The position numbers and the translations under genes are program-made. Source: Silvanigrellaceae bacterium (GTDB lineage Bacteria; Bdellovibrionota_B; Oligoflexia; Silvanigrellales; Silvanigrellaceae). Taken from it: a stretch of DNA of 31,162 nt. How positions within the stretch are numbered: the first letter of the stretch is position 1; each line of letters starts with the position of its first letter. Of this stretch, positions 7,436-17,135 are shown in pieces. The stretch spans positions 1 to 31,162 of the forward strand of contig JBMSQQ010000037.1 of the NCBI GenBank assembly GCA_049423385.1. The letters are read 5' to 3'. The notes under the pieces were generated by a model. That model did no database searches, was not told the origin of the DNA, and saw only the letters and a program-made list of their open reading frames with translations.

Positions 7436-8983
7436 TCAGGTTGAAGCCACCGCTGCTGCGTCTTCCGCTCCAACAGCCTTCTCAATGCGCGGTTCCCCAC
7501 CATCGTAGACCAACAGGCGCGGTTCGCCTTCCAGTATCGTCGAAAGGTTCACAGGCCGGTTCCAAATCTTGAAAAGACTACGCATGGTTTCCATCGCCCA
7601 GTCGATCTTCAGGTCCTTGCCCTGGTGCTTGTGAGTCAAAAGCAATTCACCGCGATTCTGGAAATTGCCATCGACAACCTCAATCACGGGTTGACCAAAA
7701 TTGGTCAAAGCATCGAGAAGCTCTCTCTTGATTGCCGGAAAATCACGATCATTGATGACCGCTTGGCCTGTCCTGCGATCCGCGGCCCAGGTGAACATCT
7801 TGGCCTCTTCGCAAAAATCCTCGTCCAGGAATTCGTCGATGAACGTGATGTCGTTATGGTACTTTCGAACTTCGAACAACTTTTGGCGGCCTGCATTGGT
7901 ATTGGTGTTCCAGGCCTTGCGAACCGCCGGATCATCACACAGCATGTAGTCGAGTCCGAAACGCCCCTTGTTCCAGCGGTTTTCAATGTGACGCATGAGT
8001 TCCACACCAACCTTGTATGGATTCAGCCTCATTCCGGATGTTGCCGTGACGCCTGCATAATGGTCACAGTAATCAATCACTTCGGAGTCGTTGAGTACAA
8101 ACTCGGTCATCAGCTTGGAATGCCAATAAACAGCCCAGCCCTCGTTCATGATCTTTGTTTGTCCTTGCGGAGCAAAGTAATAAGCCTCTTCACGAACAAT
8201 CGAAAGAACATCCCGCTGCCAGCTTGAAAGAGGCGCGTGCTCGATCAGGAACTGCAGCACATCACGACGTGCCGACTCGGGAAAGCGCTTTTCGCGCTCG
8301 AATTCGCGCACGATCTTTTCTTGCTGCTCCTTCAAATAACTCTCCGGATTGATATAGCCATCCATGTAGCTGCGCTGTGTTGGCAACTTTGGAACCGGAC
8401 GCTTCTCCGGCGGCAACATATCATCAGGATCTCGCGACAACTTGGGTTCGCGACGAATATGTGGAGCATGCTGGTCGATAAGATTCTCAATCGACAAACA
8501 CGTGTCTATGAACGTCTCGACCTCGTCATGGCCAATTTCTTCGATATAACGACGGACGCGACTGCCATGGTTGGCCATCTCGTCGAGCATCTTTCGGTTG
8601 GTATGCTGAAAACAGTAGTTGTTCTTGAAGAAGTCGCAGTGTCCATACACATGCGCAATCACCGTCTTCTGGTCGACAAGCGAGTTGCTCTTGAGCAGAT
8701 ATGCGTAACAAGGGTCGTTGTTGATGACCATCTCGTAAATCAGACTCAGGCCATACTCATAGCTCTTTGAGAGATGCTCATATTCCATCCCGAATCGCCA
8801 ATGCGGATAACGGGTCGGAAATCCTCCATAAGCGGCAATCTCGCTCATCTGCTGATAATCAACCATCTCAAAGATGACCGGAAAGAAATCGAGGCCAAGA
8901 TTTTTACATTGGGATTCGATTTCCCGAACGATATTTTTGAGCTCAGGAGTGAGCTCGCTGGTCAGGCGCGGGTCCATCACCAT
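7436..8983 (-). CDS. spoVR: SpoVR/YcgB family protein
   Basis: AYGGFPTRYPHWRFG, IYEMVINNDPCYAYL, HVYGHCDFFKNN, QTKIMNEGWA, NPYKVG. Confidence 0.95.
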   Translation of the reverse strand: MVMDPRLTSELTPELKNIVREIESQCKNLGLDFFPVIFEMVDYQQMSEIAAYGGFPTRYPHWRFGMEYEHLSKSYEYGLSLIYEMVINNDPCYAYLLKSNSLVDQKTVIAHVYGHCDFFKNNYCFQHTNRKMLDEMANHGSRVRRYIEEIGHDEVETFIDTCLSIENLIDQHAPHIRREPKLSRDPDDMLPPEKRPVPKLPTQRSYMDGYINPESYLKEQQEKIVREFEREKRFPESARRDVLQFLIEHAPLSSWQRDVLSIVREEAYYFAPQGQTKIMNEGWAVYWHSKLMTEFVLNDSEVIDYCDHYAGVTATSGMRLNPYKVGVELMRHIENRWNKGRFGLDYMLCDDPAVRKAWNTNTNAGRQKLFEVRKYHNDITFIDEFLDEDFCEEAKMFTWAADRRTGQAVINDRDFPAIKRELLDALTNFGQPVIEVVDGNFQNRGELLLTHKHQGKDLKIDWAMETMRSLFKIWNRPVNLSTILEGEPRLLVYDGGEPRIEKAVGAEDAAAVAST

Positions 8984-8985
8984 GA

Positions 8986-10089
8986 TTATTTTCCTTTGCC
9001 CAGAAAGACCTTGAGGGCGTTCATGATGCCATCACGATCCTTGATCTGATGGGTCACGACTTTTTCCTGTGCTTCACCAAAATGCTTTTCCAAATCCTTG
9101 AGAAACTGGCCGCTGCCATATCGGCTTTCAACCTGCCCATAACAGAACAGATTGGAAGCGGGCAGCAAGACATTGTCGAGCAACAACATACACTCATTGG
9201 TGTCGTTGCCACTCCAGTTGTCTCCATCAGAGAAATGGAACATGTACACATTCCATTCATCCAACGGATAGTCTTCCTTGATAATCTTCTCAGACAACTT
9301 GTACGCACTCGAGATCAACGTGCCACCACTTTCCTTTGTGTGATAAAACGTCTGCTCGTCGACTTCGCGTGCAACAGCATCGTGAATAATGAAACGTGTT
9401 TCGATATTGTCGTAATTGCGCTTCAACCAGGTGTCGAGCCAGAAGGCCGTCAAACGGACTATCTCCTTTTGCTCGTCACCCATCGAACCCGAGACGTCCA
9501 TCATGTAAATGATCACAGCGCTCGCTTCCGGATTTTCTTCGATCTTGAAGCTGCGGTAGCGCTTGTCTTCCTTGATGGGAATGACTGAAGGACGATCAGG
9601 CACGTATTCATCCGAAGCAATTTGGCGCTTGAGCGCTTCCTTGTAGGTGCGCTTGAAATTGCGCAACCCTTCAGGTCCCGTCTTGAGCACACCGTGATAC
9701 TTGTACTTCCTGGACTTGACGTTCTTTTTACCCTTGTCCTCGATGCGTGGGAGTTGAAGCTCCTCGCCCAAAATATCGGCAAGCTCTTCGAGCGAAACGT
9801 CCACCTCTAGTCCATGCTCGCCCGCGTTTTGTCCCGCTTCACCCTCACCGGGTTGCGGCTGGCCTTGGTTCAACGGATCTCCGGGATCACCATCGCCCTG
9901 CCCGACACCCTTTTGTTGGTTTCCACCAAACTGGAAACGCGGAAGATCGATGCGCGGCAACGGAATCGTCACCTGCTTGTTGCCCTGTCGGCCGATCAGT
10001 TCACCCGAAGAAATGAAGCGCTTGAGGTTTTCCTTGATGCGCCCCCGAACGATCCTTCGGAATCGGTTGACATCGGTTTCCATCTTCAT
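8986..10089 (-). CDS. yeaH: YeaH/YhbH (DUF444, VWA-like) protein
   Basis: [13 protein letters not shown]-like motif, [20 protein letters not shown]; lies between prkA and spoVR. Confidence 0.93.
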   Translation of the reverse strand: MKMETDVNRFRRIVRGRIKENLKRFISSGELIGRQGNKQVTIPLPRIDLPRFQFGGNQQKGVGQGDGDPGDPLNQGQPQPGEGEAGQNAGEHGLEVDVSLEELADILGEELQLPRIEDKGKKNVKSRKYKYHGVLKTGPEGLRNFKRTYKEALKRQIASDEYVPDRPSVIPIKEDKRYRSFKIEENPEASAVIIYMMDVSGSMGDEQKEIVRLTAFWLDTWLKRNYDNIETRFIIHDAVAREVDEQTFYHTKESGGTLISSAYKLSEKIIKEDYPLDEWNVYMFHFSDGDNWSGNDTNECMLLLDNVLLPASNLFCYGQVESRYGSGQFLKDLEKHFGEAQEKVVTHQIKDRDGIMNALKVFLGKGK

Positions 10090-10138
10090 GTTGAAAACTC
10101 CTCAAGCGCGCAGGTCGGCTTCACGCCGACAATCGTCA

Positions 10139-12202
10139 TCAATTCGCAGAACGCTTCACATCACCGCGGGCAAAGATGCTCGCCACAAAATGCAATGCGT
10201 CGTTCGAACAAATGTCGCAGTAGCCATAGTTCTTGATGAGGCGATTCTTGACCACATCGATCTTGGCTTGTGTCTCTTTGTCGACGACGTTGGACACCAG
10301 GCTCGTGAGCTTGATTGTGTCTTTTTGGTCTTCAAAGAGCTTGAGCTCGAGAGCTTTATGCAGGCGCTCGTTCGTCTTGTAGTCGAAGGTTTTGCCTTCA
10401 AGCGCAAGTGCACCGATGTAATTCATGATCTCACGACGGAAGTCATCCTTGCGGCTTTCCGGAATGTCGATCTTCTCTTCGATGCTGCGCATCAAACGTT
10501 CATCAGGCTCTTCGCTTTGTCCGGTGTACTTGTTGCGCACACGTTCTTTCTGCGTGTAGGCCTTGACGTTGTCGATGTAGTTGCCGCACAGCTTGGCAAT
10601 CGCCTCTTCATCGGCAGAAATCGCGCGCTGAACTTCGTTCTTCACGATATCTTCATATTCCTGCTTCACGACAGCAAGCAGTTCGCGGTAGCGCTTCTTG
10701 GTTTCTTCATCGCGAATCAATGAGTGGTTCTTGAGACCACCTTCGAGTTCGTTGAGAACAATGAACGGATTGATACAACCGTTGCCGCGATCATCCACAA
10801 GCGCGTTGGAGATCTTGTCCTGGATGTAGCGCGGAGAGATTCCATCAAGACCTTCGCGCATGGCTTCTTTGCGCAATTCCTTGATGTTGTCTTCCGTGTA
10901 ACCAGGCAAGGTCTTGCCATCGTACAGCTTGAGTTTCTGCATCACCGTCAGGTTGGCCTTCTTGGGCTCCTCGAGACGTGTCAGGATCGCCCACATCGAA
11001 GCGGTTTCGATCGTGTGCGGCGCAACGTGAATGTGCGGAACGCTCTCGGCATTGAAATCCTTGCGGTAGATCTTGGTTTCTTCCTTGAGCTTGGTGATGT
11101 ACGGAACATCGATTTTCACTGTACGGTCGCGCAACGCTTCCATGAACTCATTGTTCTGCAGCTTGCGATACTCAGGTTCGTTTGTGTGACCAACAATAAC
11201 TTCGTCGATATCAGTCTGTGCGAACTTCTTGGGCTTGATGCGGTGTTCCTGCGAAGCACCGAGTAGGTCGTAAAGGAATGCCACATCGAGCTTGAGCATT
11301 TCGACAAACTCAACCATCCCGCGGTTGGAGATGTTGAACTCACCATCAAAGTTGAACGCACGCGGATCCGAGTCCGAACCGTACTCCGCAATCTTGCGGT
11401 AGTTGAGGTCACCAGTGAGTTCTGTCGAGTCCTGGTTTTTTTCGTCTTTGGGCTGGAATGTTCCAATACCCACACGATCTTTTTCCGAAAGCAGCAGGCG
11501 ACGGACACGAATATGGTTCCTCACCACCCGTTCCCAATCACCGCCGTATTGCTTCATAAGCTCGTTGAAAACAAAACGACACGCAGGGTCGATATTTCCT
11601 TCCACAAAAATCTTCTGATCAAACGTCTTGCCTTTGTTGAGATGGCTGAGCACTTTTGCGCGTGCCTCTTCAGGAATCAGACGCAGTGGTTCCTCGTGCA
11701 TCGGGCACGCCATGATGTCATCCATCGCGAGGCGTTCTTTGAGGTTGATCCAGTCGTAAGTGTAGAGCGCACCTTCAGCCTGGTAGGAATACCATTCGAG
11801 ACCTTTTTTCAGAAGCCGCGCGATCGTCGACTTCGCAGATCCCACTGGACCGTGAAGCAAAAGAACGCGTTTCTCTGGGCCATAGCGCAAACTCGCGGCC
11901 TTGAAGAAATTGACAAGCTTGACGAGATGAACGTCAAGGCCAAACACAGCATCCTTGCCGCCGGCGAGCGGATCATCAAAGAACTTGTAGTGCACAAGCT
12001 TCTTTTTATGCTCTACGTATTCGTAGGTACCGAAGTGCATAATCATATCATAAACACGCTGAAATGCAGTTCTGCAGACGCGAGGATTCTTCTCGACGAT
12101 GTCGAGATAATCAATAAAGCTACCCTGCCAATTGAGTTCGTTGTAATGGGTCGGACTGTAGGCATCGCGAACAATATCGTAGATCTTGTGACTCTGTTGC
12201 AT
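10139..12202 (-). CDS. prkA: PrkA/YeaG family AAA+ serine protein kinase-like protein
   Basis: [12 protein letters not shown]alker [37 protein letters not shown]. Start moved to ATG 12202 (GGAGGAG upstream). Confidence 0.95.
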   Translation of the reverse strand: MQQSHKIYDIVRDAYSPTHYNELNWQGSFIDYLDIVEKNPRVCRTAFQRVYDMIMHFGTYEYVEHKKKLVHYKFFDDPLAGGKDAVFGLDVHLVKLVNFFKAASLRYGPEKRVLLLHGPVGSAKSTIARLLKKGLEWYSYQAEGALYTYDWINLKERLAMDDIMACPMHEEPLRLIPEEARAKVLSHLNKGKTFDQKIFVEGNIDPACRFVFNELMKQYGGDWERVVRNHIRVRRLLLSEKDRVGIGTFQPKDEKNQDSTELTGDLNYRKIAEYGSDSDPRAFNFDGEFNISNRGMVEFVEMLKLDVAFLYDLLGASQEHRIKPKKFAQTDIDEVIVGHTNEPEYRKLQNNEFMEALRDRTVKIDVPYITKLKEETKIYRKDFNAESVPHIHVAPHTIETASMWAILTRLEEPKKANLTVMQKLKLYDGKTLPGYTEDNIKELRKEAMREGLDGISPRYIQDKISNALVDDRGNGCINPFIVLNELEGGLKNHSLIRDEETKKRYRELLAVVKQEYEDIVKNEVQRAISADEEAIAKLCGNYIDNVKAYTQKERVRNKYTGQSEEPDERLMRSIEEKIDIPESRKDDFRREIMNYIGALALEGKTFDYKTNERLHKALELKLFEDQKDTIKLTSLVSNVVDKETQAKIDVVKNRLIKNYGYCDICSNDALHFVASIFARGDVKRSAN

Positions 12203-12354
12203 AGCTCCTCCGGCAAAACGAAACTCGCCTTGGCACCGCACCGATCCCTTTGGCACAGGTGATGTCGAATTCGATCTGTTCAGAGTAACCATGCAGAATC
12301 AGGAGGTCAAACCAATCACTCGGGAATGACAGTTTCCCCACCCCAAAATTTTGT

Positions 12355-14187
12355 TCATGGATTGTTTGCTTGATACAAGGAATCAATCTCGACACGACGT
12401 GTTTCGTTAATCTTGAGCCGATTCAAGCTTCCACTGGGAAGCTTTTCTCCAAGGGATTCTTGAAAAGGTTTCTCCAGTACCAAGAATTTTTTGATTGTCG
12501 CATGACGTGGCAGAGTTTCATTCACACTTACGATACGTTGCTGAACCACATCACGAACCTTTTCCGGACTGTCACGAAATTCAGCCTGGGCATCCGCAGA
12601 AAGAACAACAAGAGCCGCTAAATAGGGCATTTTATCACCCACGATGCAAACATCTTGCACTTCTTTCGATTCGCGCAACAATTGCTCAAGACGGAGCGGC
12701 GAGATTGTTGCACCACCTGCAGTAACAAAAAGATGCCGGCGACGCCCGGTGATTTTGAATCCAAAGGGCGTCATTTGCGCCACGTCACCCGTTTCCTGCC
12801 AATGCCCGCTCCCCGCAAAAGCCGGGTGATTCAGGCGATACTCAAGTGCTGAATTCTGCCCAAGACGAAACGACACATGCGAAACCGGGTTGCCAATCAA
12901 ATTCAAGTGAGGCGCATCATAGGTATTGGCAGACAATAGACCTGCCGCAGCAGTGACTCCATAGGTTTCAATCACCGGAACACCCATCTGCCCGAGCAAT
13001 TCCACATGCACTTCACGCGCCGGCGCAAGTCCATGCACAACCATTTGAAGATCGGCGAGGCTGTGGCGAACAAATTCTTTGCCAATCGCATTGCGACTTG
13101 CCCACAGCAATGTTCGGGTTGCCGCATCAAAGACGGACTCTGGCAATTTCAGAGCTCGCCCCGATTTCAGCAAACCTCGGACCTGATCAAGCCGATTGCC
13201 AACAGCAATCCGCGGACTGAATCCGGGTGCACGCAGCTGCGTATTGACGTGATTCGCAAGTTTCTCAAGTTCGTTTGGCGATGCAAAAATAACCGTGGGC
13301 CGCAAAATCTTGAGATGCGATTCAAATTCTCCGCCAAGTTGGGGAAAGCCAACCACGCCGTTTTTAAGCATCGAGCACAATGGAGACAGATGCGCGAACG
13401 GGTTCGACAACGGCAAAATCTCGATCGTCTTCCAGAACAACTCAGGAGGAGTATTGAGATGTAGCAAGAGATGATTGGCCGTGACCACCAAAGCATCGAG
13501 GCTCAGTGACTCCGGTTTTTGATAGCCATCATGTCCAAAGGAAATGAAATCAAAGACACCAATCCGGGGCGGAATATTTCCGGTGAATTGCGGGAAAGCG
13601 CCCGTCTGTCTTTTTGCATCACGCAACTCGTCGGCAGTTTTATACCATCTGAAAAAAGTCAGTGCCGCAGGTTCTTCGCTATTGTCACGCGCACTCCATT
13701 GCACCGTTGAAAGATCAAATACGGGGCGCTCCAGGTCCTTCAACTGAACAGAGTAACCCTCGATGTCTGTCACCACAGCAATGCAGCCAAAATATTCCAG
13801 GCACCAGCGAATGTCTGCACTTGACGCATGCAACGGCATGAACATGACGTCGAATCCAGCCAACACAGCCGCCAATGCAGCGACCCATGATGTGTAGCTG
13901 TTGTGGGTTTGAAACAAGAGAGCAGGTCCGCGGGACTTTTCGGAAAATGCCCCCTGATTGGAAACCCCAGCCAACGCTGCAGACCAGTTGCGCACCGATC
14001 GACCCAGGTGAGCAAGAAAATCTCGCCCCGAATATTGCTGCCAGGTGCCTTCTGCATAGGTTCTGGCAATGACCTGCTCGGTGCGTACAGACTGACGCAT
14101 CAACAAATTCATGAACTGCTGATTAGCCTTGAACAGCGACGTCAGCTGGTCGTCGGCCGGAAAAAATCCATCTGATGGTTGTGTCAT
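12355..14187 (-). CDS. Long-chain acyl-CoA synthetase (AMP-binding) fold protein with degenerate catalytic motifs
   Basis: Retains ILPLSNPF, ETYGVT, TGDVA, ITGR...VTAGG.TISP and VGDKMPYLAALVV. The P-loop position reads SFGHDGYQKP. Confidence 0.75.
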   Translation of the reverse strand: MTQPSDGFFPADDQLTSLFKANQQFMNLLMRQSVRTEQVIARTYAEGTWQQYSGRDFLAHLGRSVRNWSAALAGVSNQGAFSEKSRGPALLFQTHNSYTSWVAALAAVLAGFDVMFMPLHASSADIRWCLEYFGCIAVVTDIEGYSVQLKDLERPVFDLSTVQWSARDNSEEPAALTFFRWYKTADELRDAKRQTGAFPQFTGNIPPRIGVFDFISFGHDGYQKPESLSLDALVVTANHLLLHLNTPPELFWKTIEILPLSNPFAHLSPLCSMLKNGVVGFPQLGGEFESHLKILRPTVIFASPNELEKLANHVNTQLRAPGFSPRIAVGNRLDQVRGLLKSGRALKLPESVFDAATRTLLWASRNAIGKEFVRHSLADLQMVVHGLAPAREVHVELLGQMGVPVIETYGVTAAAGLLSANTYDAPHLNLIGNPVSHVSFRLGQNSALEYRLNHPAFAGSGHWQETGDVAQMTPFGFKITGRRRHLFVTAGGATISPLRLEQLLRESKEVQDVCIVGDKMPYLAALVVLSADAQAEFRDSPEKVRDVVQQRIVSVNETLPRHATIKKFLVLEKPFQESLGEKLPSGSLNRLKINETRRVEIDSLYQANNP

Positions 14188-14208
14188 GGGTTGAACTTTC
14201 AGCTTTCT

Positions 14209-15180
14209 TTAGACAGCAAGCCGGGGCGTTGGACCCTTGAGGATTATCATATTCCTTGCGAGGTCAAAATAACTGCGCTTGGCATCGACCTGAACGGCGT
14301 CATCCAATTCCGGAAAGTACCCCGTGAGTTGCCTCCCATAGGTGCAACCCGTATCGAGGCCAACACAAATGGGTCGCCCGGATGGAAGAGTCTTCCTGAA
14401 CAAACCTTGTTTGGCATCATGTCCAAAAACAATAAGCTCTGGCCCGCGATGAAGTTCATGCCATCGGAACTTGTCAGGCACATCGATCCTGGGTTTCGGA
14501 TTGACGTGTGGAACCGCAAGCTCAGGTGCATTTGATTTCGTTGGCGATGACAACTTGGTTTGTTTTTGTTCAGCTTCGGCGAGCATCTCGGCACGATAAC
14601 CCGATGGCACCAGCAACAATTTCGATTTTGCTGATGGATCATCCCACCGTACATACCGAGCCGTGAGCAACATTCTCTCGGGCGTTGAATTCAATCCAGA
14701 CACAGGATCAATTCCGGCATGGACAATGACAAGCGGATACTCGGCCTCCCACCCCTTGCGTTCACGGGCAGGTCGAATGGTTGTCCGATACGCGTGTGGC
14801 AGGCCGTTCACGAAGTCGAAAAGAGCCCTGCGATGATGTCTCACGAGGTGCAGAGTCTGCTGAGTGTGTTCGGGAAGAGACTGCAGACCACGTCGTTGGG
14901 CTTGCACCATGGCCGCCCAAAGTGCCCAATCATGATTGCCTTTTATACAAATAGCATTGAATTCGTGAATCAAATCAAAGACGCCAACAGGATCCGGACC
15001 TTTGGTAAAAAGATCTCCCACCAATACAAGTTGAAAATCTGCCATCCGTTGTTTGGCTTTTTGAACAAGTTCCCGCAATTCCTTTGCACATCCGTGAACA
15101 TCGCCAACAATAAACAATGGCAAACGTTCGCCTGATGGCGGCATATCCTTGATGACAATGTTGCGGGCAGTATCTTGCAC
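14209..15180 (-). CDS. Calcineurin-like metallophosphoesterase (ApaH/PrpE-like)
   Basis: GDVHGC, VGDLFTKGP, KGNHD, VHAGI, FGHD, GLDTGC. The GTG start is uncertain. Confidence 0.88.
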   Translation of the reverse strand: MQDTARNIVIKDMPPSGERLPLFIVGDVHGCAKELRELVQKAKQRMADFQLVLVGDLFTKGPDPVGVFDLIHEFNAICIKGNHDWALWAAMVQAQRRGLQSLPEHTQQTLHLVRHHRRALFDFVNGLPHAYRTTIRPARERKGWEAEYPLVIVHAGIDPVSGLNSTPERMLLTARYVRWDDPSAKSKLLLVPSGYRAEMLAEAEQKQTKLSSPTKSNAPELAVPHVNPKPRIDVPDKFRWHELHRGPELIVFGHDAKQGLFRKTLPSGRPICVGLDTGCTYGRQLTGYFPELDDAVQVDAKRSYFDLARNMIILKGPTPRLAV

Positions 15181-15310
15181 GGGACACCTGTTTGGCCCGG
15201 AACTTCGGGCTCTCAGCTATCGTAACAGGTGCCCCCCCACCACGGCAACGCGTCACCTTCGGAAGCGTCAGAACCGGGTGGGTCGCCTCTGCCTCGCCAC
15301 CCCCTTCCCT
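15181..15310 (-). promoter_or_regulatory. GC-rich structured leader or candidate ncRNA
   Basis: 12-bp stem ggggcacctgtt/aacaggtgtccc encloses a gcccg/cgggc hairpin and ends directly at the GTG. A second stem-loop is closed by cccacc/ggtggg. Confidence 0.4.
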
Positions 15311-15316
15311 GTGGAA

Positions 15317-16147
15317 TCAATTACCCCACGGGAGGAATGATCCAGGTTTGCTCTTGGCCGGGTTTAAAGAAGCCGAGGTTTTCGTTTCTGTCGACTGCTC
15401 AGTCTGCTCAGTCTGCTCAGTTTGTTGGGTTTGCTGGGTTTGCTGGACAGGTTGTGTCTGCTGAGTCTGGTTGTTGATTTGTGACTGATTTTGTTTCAGG
15501 GCCTCTTCCTGTTGAACAAGCATTTGCTTCCAATCACGCTCAAACGAACGGTGGCGTCGACACGCATAGACATTTCTGGCCAGCAAATTCCGGCGTCGGC
15601 TCAATGGTCCCTTGTAAAACGGCTTGCCGTCGACGTAGTCCGAGGAAACATCCATAATGATGTTGTTGGCATCATTGAACTTGCCATTGGGGCTACGGAC
15701 GTCCGCCATCATGATCCAATGATCAGGTTGACGTCCCGGATAAGCAAGCAAGAGAACATCGCCCGCTCGCAATTGTCCGGTGCATCCGGCAAAATTCAAC
15801 GCATCCCAATCAAATTGATAGAGAGCGACCCGGAAACCAGCGCTCCGGTGGGCTTGCCCTATGTACCCGCTGCAGTCCGTCACACTGCGACTGTTGGATC
15901 CAAGGCGATAGGTTTGAACTCCACGACCAAACATTTCTGCAGACTGAAGAAAATTCAAAACACGCTCGGGGATCGGATCTCCACTTTCCGTCTGCAGAAT
16001 CTTCACGGGTTCATCGTTGCTCCAGGGAAAAAAGCCCTGAGCCTCTGAATCCTCGCTGCGGTTTTGCTGTCCGCAGGCGGAAACAAACGCTGCACAAAAC
16101 AGAATCGAAAACGCCCGTCGCAATGTTTTCCAAGAGTACGCACCCAT
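15317..16147 (-). CDS. NlpC/P60-like cysteine hydrolase lipoprotein with a Gln/Thr-rich tail
   Basis: Start moved to ATG 16147 (GGAGG upstream). Lipobox VSAC; Y.LG...TDCSGYI and LRAGDVLL...DHW match the NlpC/P60 Cys/His layout. Confidence 0.72.
   Translation of the reverse strand: MGAYSWKTLRRAFSILFCAAFVSACGQQNRSEDSEAQGFFPWSNDEPVKILQTESGDPIPERVLNFLQSAEMFGRGVQTYRLGSNSRSVTDCSGYIGQAHRSAGFRVALYQFDWDALNFAGCTGQLRAGDVLLLAYPGRQPDHWIMMADVRSPNGKFNDANNIIMDVSSDYVDGKPFYKGPLSRRRNLLARNVYACRRHRSFERDWKQMLVQQEEALKQNQSQINNQTQQTQPVQQTQQTQQTEQTEQTEQSTETKTSASLNPAKSKPGSFLPWGN
15394..15474 (-). repeat. Imperfect 9-bp tandem repeat encoding QQT/EQT
   Basis: Plus strand actgctcag tctgctcag tctgctcag tttgttggg tttgctggg tttgctgga...; protein QTQQTQPVQQTQQTQQTEQTEQTEQS. 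Confidence 0.85.
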
Positions 16148-16198
16148 GCCAAAACCTCCAAAGCCAAACTTTTTGAAAATGTCGCATGGACTCGTTGA

Positions 16199-16215
16199 AG
16201 CAGGCTCTGTGCCAA
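16199..16215 (-). promoter_or_regulatory. Putative sigma54 (RpoN) -24/-12 promoter
   Basis: Minus strand TTGGCACAGAGCCTGCT has exact GG-N10-GC spacing, about 50 nt before ATG 16147. Confidence 0.6.
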
Positions 16216-16332
16216 TGGTTTTTGCATGGAGTTTTGCAAGGATAAAAAAAAACAGACCTTGCAAGCCGTGTCCAAGGATTGGACAGTGTCGTTTAAATAG
16301 TATCAACCAGTACCTGTTGAATGAGCTTGCCT

Positions 16333-16722
16333 CTAACTGAGAACCTTACCCAATCTGGCATCCCTCAGGTAGAGCCCGAGCCAAATAAAAACTCCGACAT
16401 AGACTGGAAAAAGGGTATGGGAAAAAAGAGGATTCCCGACCCGAACATGACTCGCAACTGCGCCGCCGAGGTAGGCAGTCAAAAAGACAGCTCCCACAAT
16501 CGCAGTCCGGGGAATCAAATGAAGAACAAGGCACAAGCCCAAAATCGTTCCAACAATTGGCATCTTCTCGACCGGCCACTGCAAAGCAGCGCCGGCCTCA
16601 AGTGCCTCCGGTGGAAGCTTTTCCATAAAAAATTTGATGGCAGCATCAAAAACAAGAAAAGCGACAGAAACAAAACTGAAAGCACTTCCACAATTGATCA
16701 TTAAACGGGATCGACTCTCCAT
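16333..16722 (-). CDS. DoxX family membrane protein
   Basis: FDAAIKF, IPRTAIVGAVFLTAYLGGAVASHVRVG, WLGLYLRD. Start at ATG 16722 with GGAG upstream. Confidence 0.88.
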   Translation of the reverse strand: MESRSRLMINCGSAFSFVSVAFLVFDAAIKFFMEKLPPEALEAGAALQWPVEKMPIVGTILGLCLVLHLIPRTAIVGAVFLTAYLGGAVASHVRVGNPLFSHTLFPVYVGVFIWLGLYLRDARLGKVLS

Positions 16723-17106
16723 TATGACTCCATTCGAAATTGATAATCCCTTATTAATCCCAAATATTCTCATGTGAATCAGAAAGTTTTTGAATACGCC
16801 CATGCAAGAATGCTGACACCTTCAAGCTTGATGAACAGAGAAACATTGAAATGACATCTGCAGAAACACTGATTGTCGCATTGTTCTCCGTCCGACGGGT
16901 GTCTTGGACACGCGCATGGAGAATCCAAATGGCGAGAATATCGAAAATCAAGGCTGCTTGTTGGAGTTTTTCCATACAAGCATCTCGTCATGACCAATTT
17001 GTTTCAAAAGGGATTGCAGCCTGGGCAGATCGCGTATCCGGACTTTCCAAATCTGCTTGAATTGGAGTTCAGCAACTCTTCCGGCAGAAGATCAAAGCAC
17101 TGAACG

Positions 17107-17129
17107 TGCTGTGATCTTCGTTCACAGCA
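17107..17129 (-). terminator. Hairpin just after the liu operon
   Basis: tgctgtga/tcacagca 8-bp stem, 6 nt after the stop; weak U-tract. Confidence 0.4.
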
Positions 17130-17135
17130 TACGAA

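Noticed and set aside
12203..12292. Longer N-termini called by the ORF track for prkA (also at 6846, 16306, 16803, 18353, 24964, 25629)
   Set aside because: Downstream ATGs have clear RBSs and give proper family N-termini or signal peptides.
15186..15232. Hammerhead ribozyme or TPP/glycine riboswitch
   Set aside because: CUGAGA-stem-CAAAC lacks the CUGAnGA spacing and GAAA core; the other conserved TPP and glycine motifs are absent or on opposite strands.
15236..15310. SRP RNA, tRNA or 6S RNA
   Set aside because: No CAGG-GNRA-AGCA SRP domain, no cloverleaf or T-loop, and no long 6S-like rod.
16723..17135. Short ORFs between doxX and liuA
   Set aside because: Several overlapping 70-aa frames on both strands with no motif or clear RBS; cannot be supported as genes.
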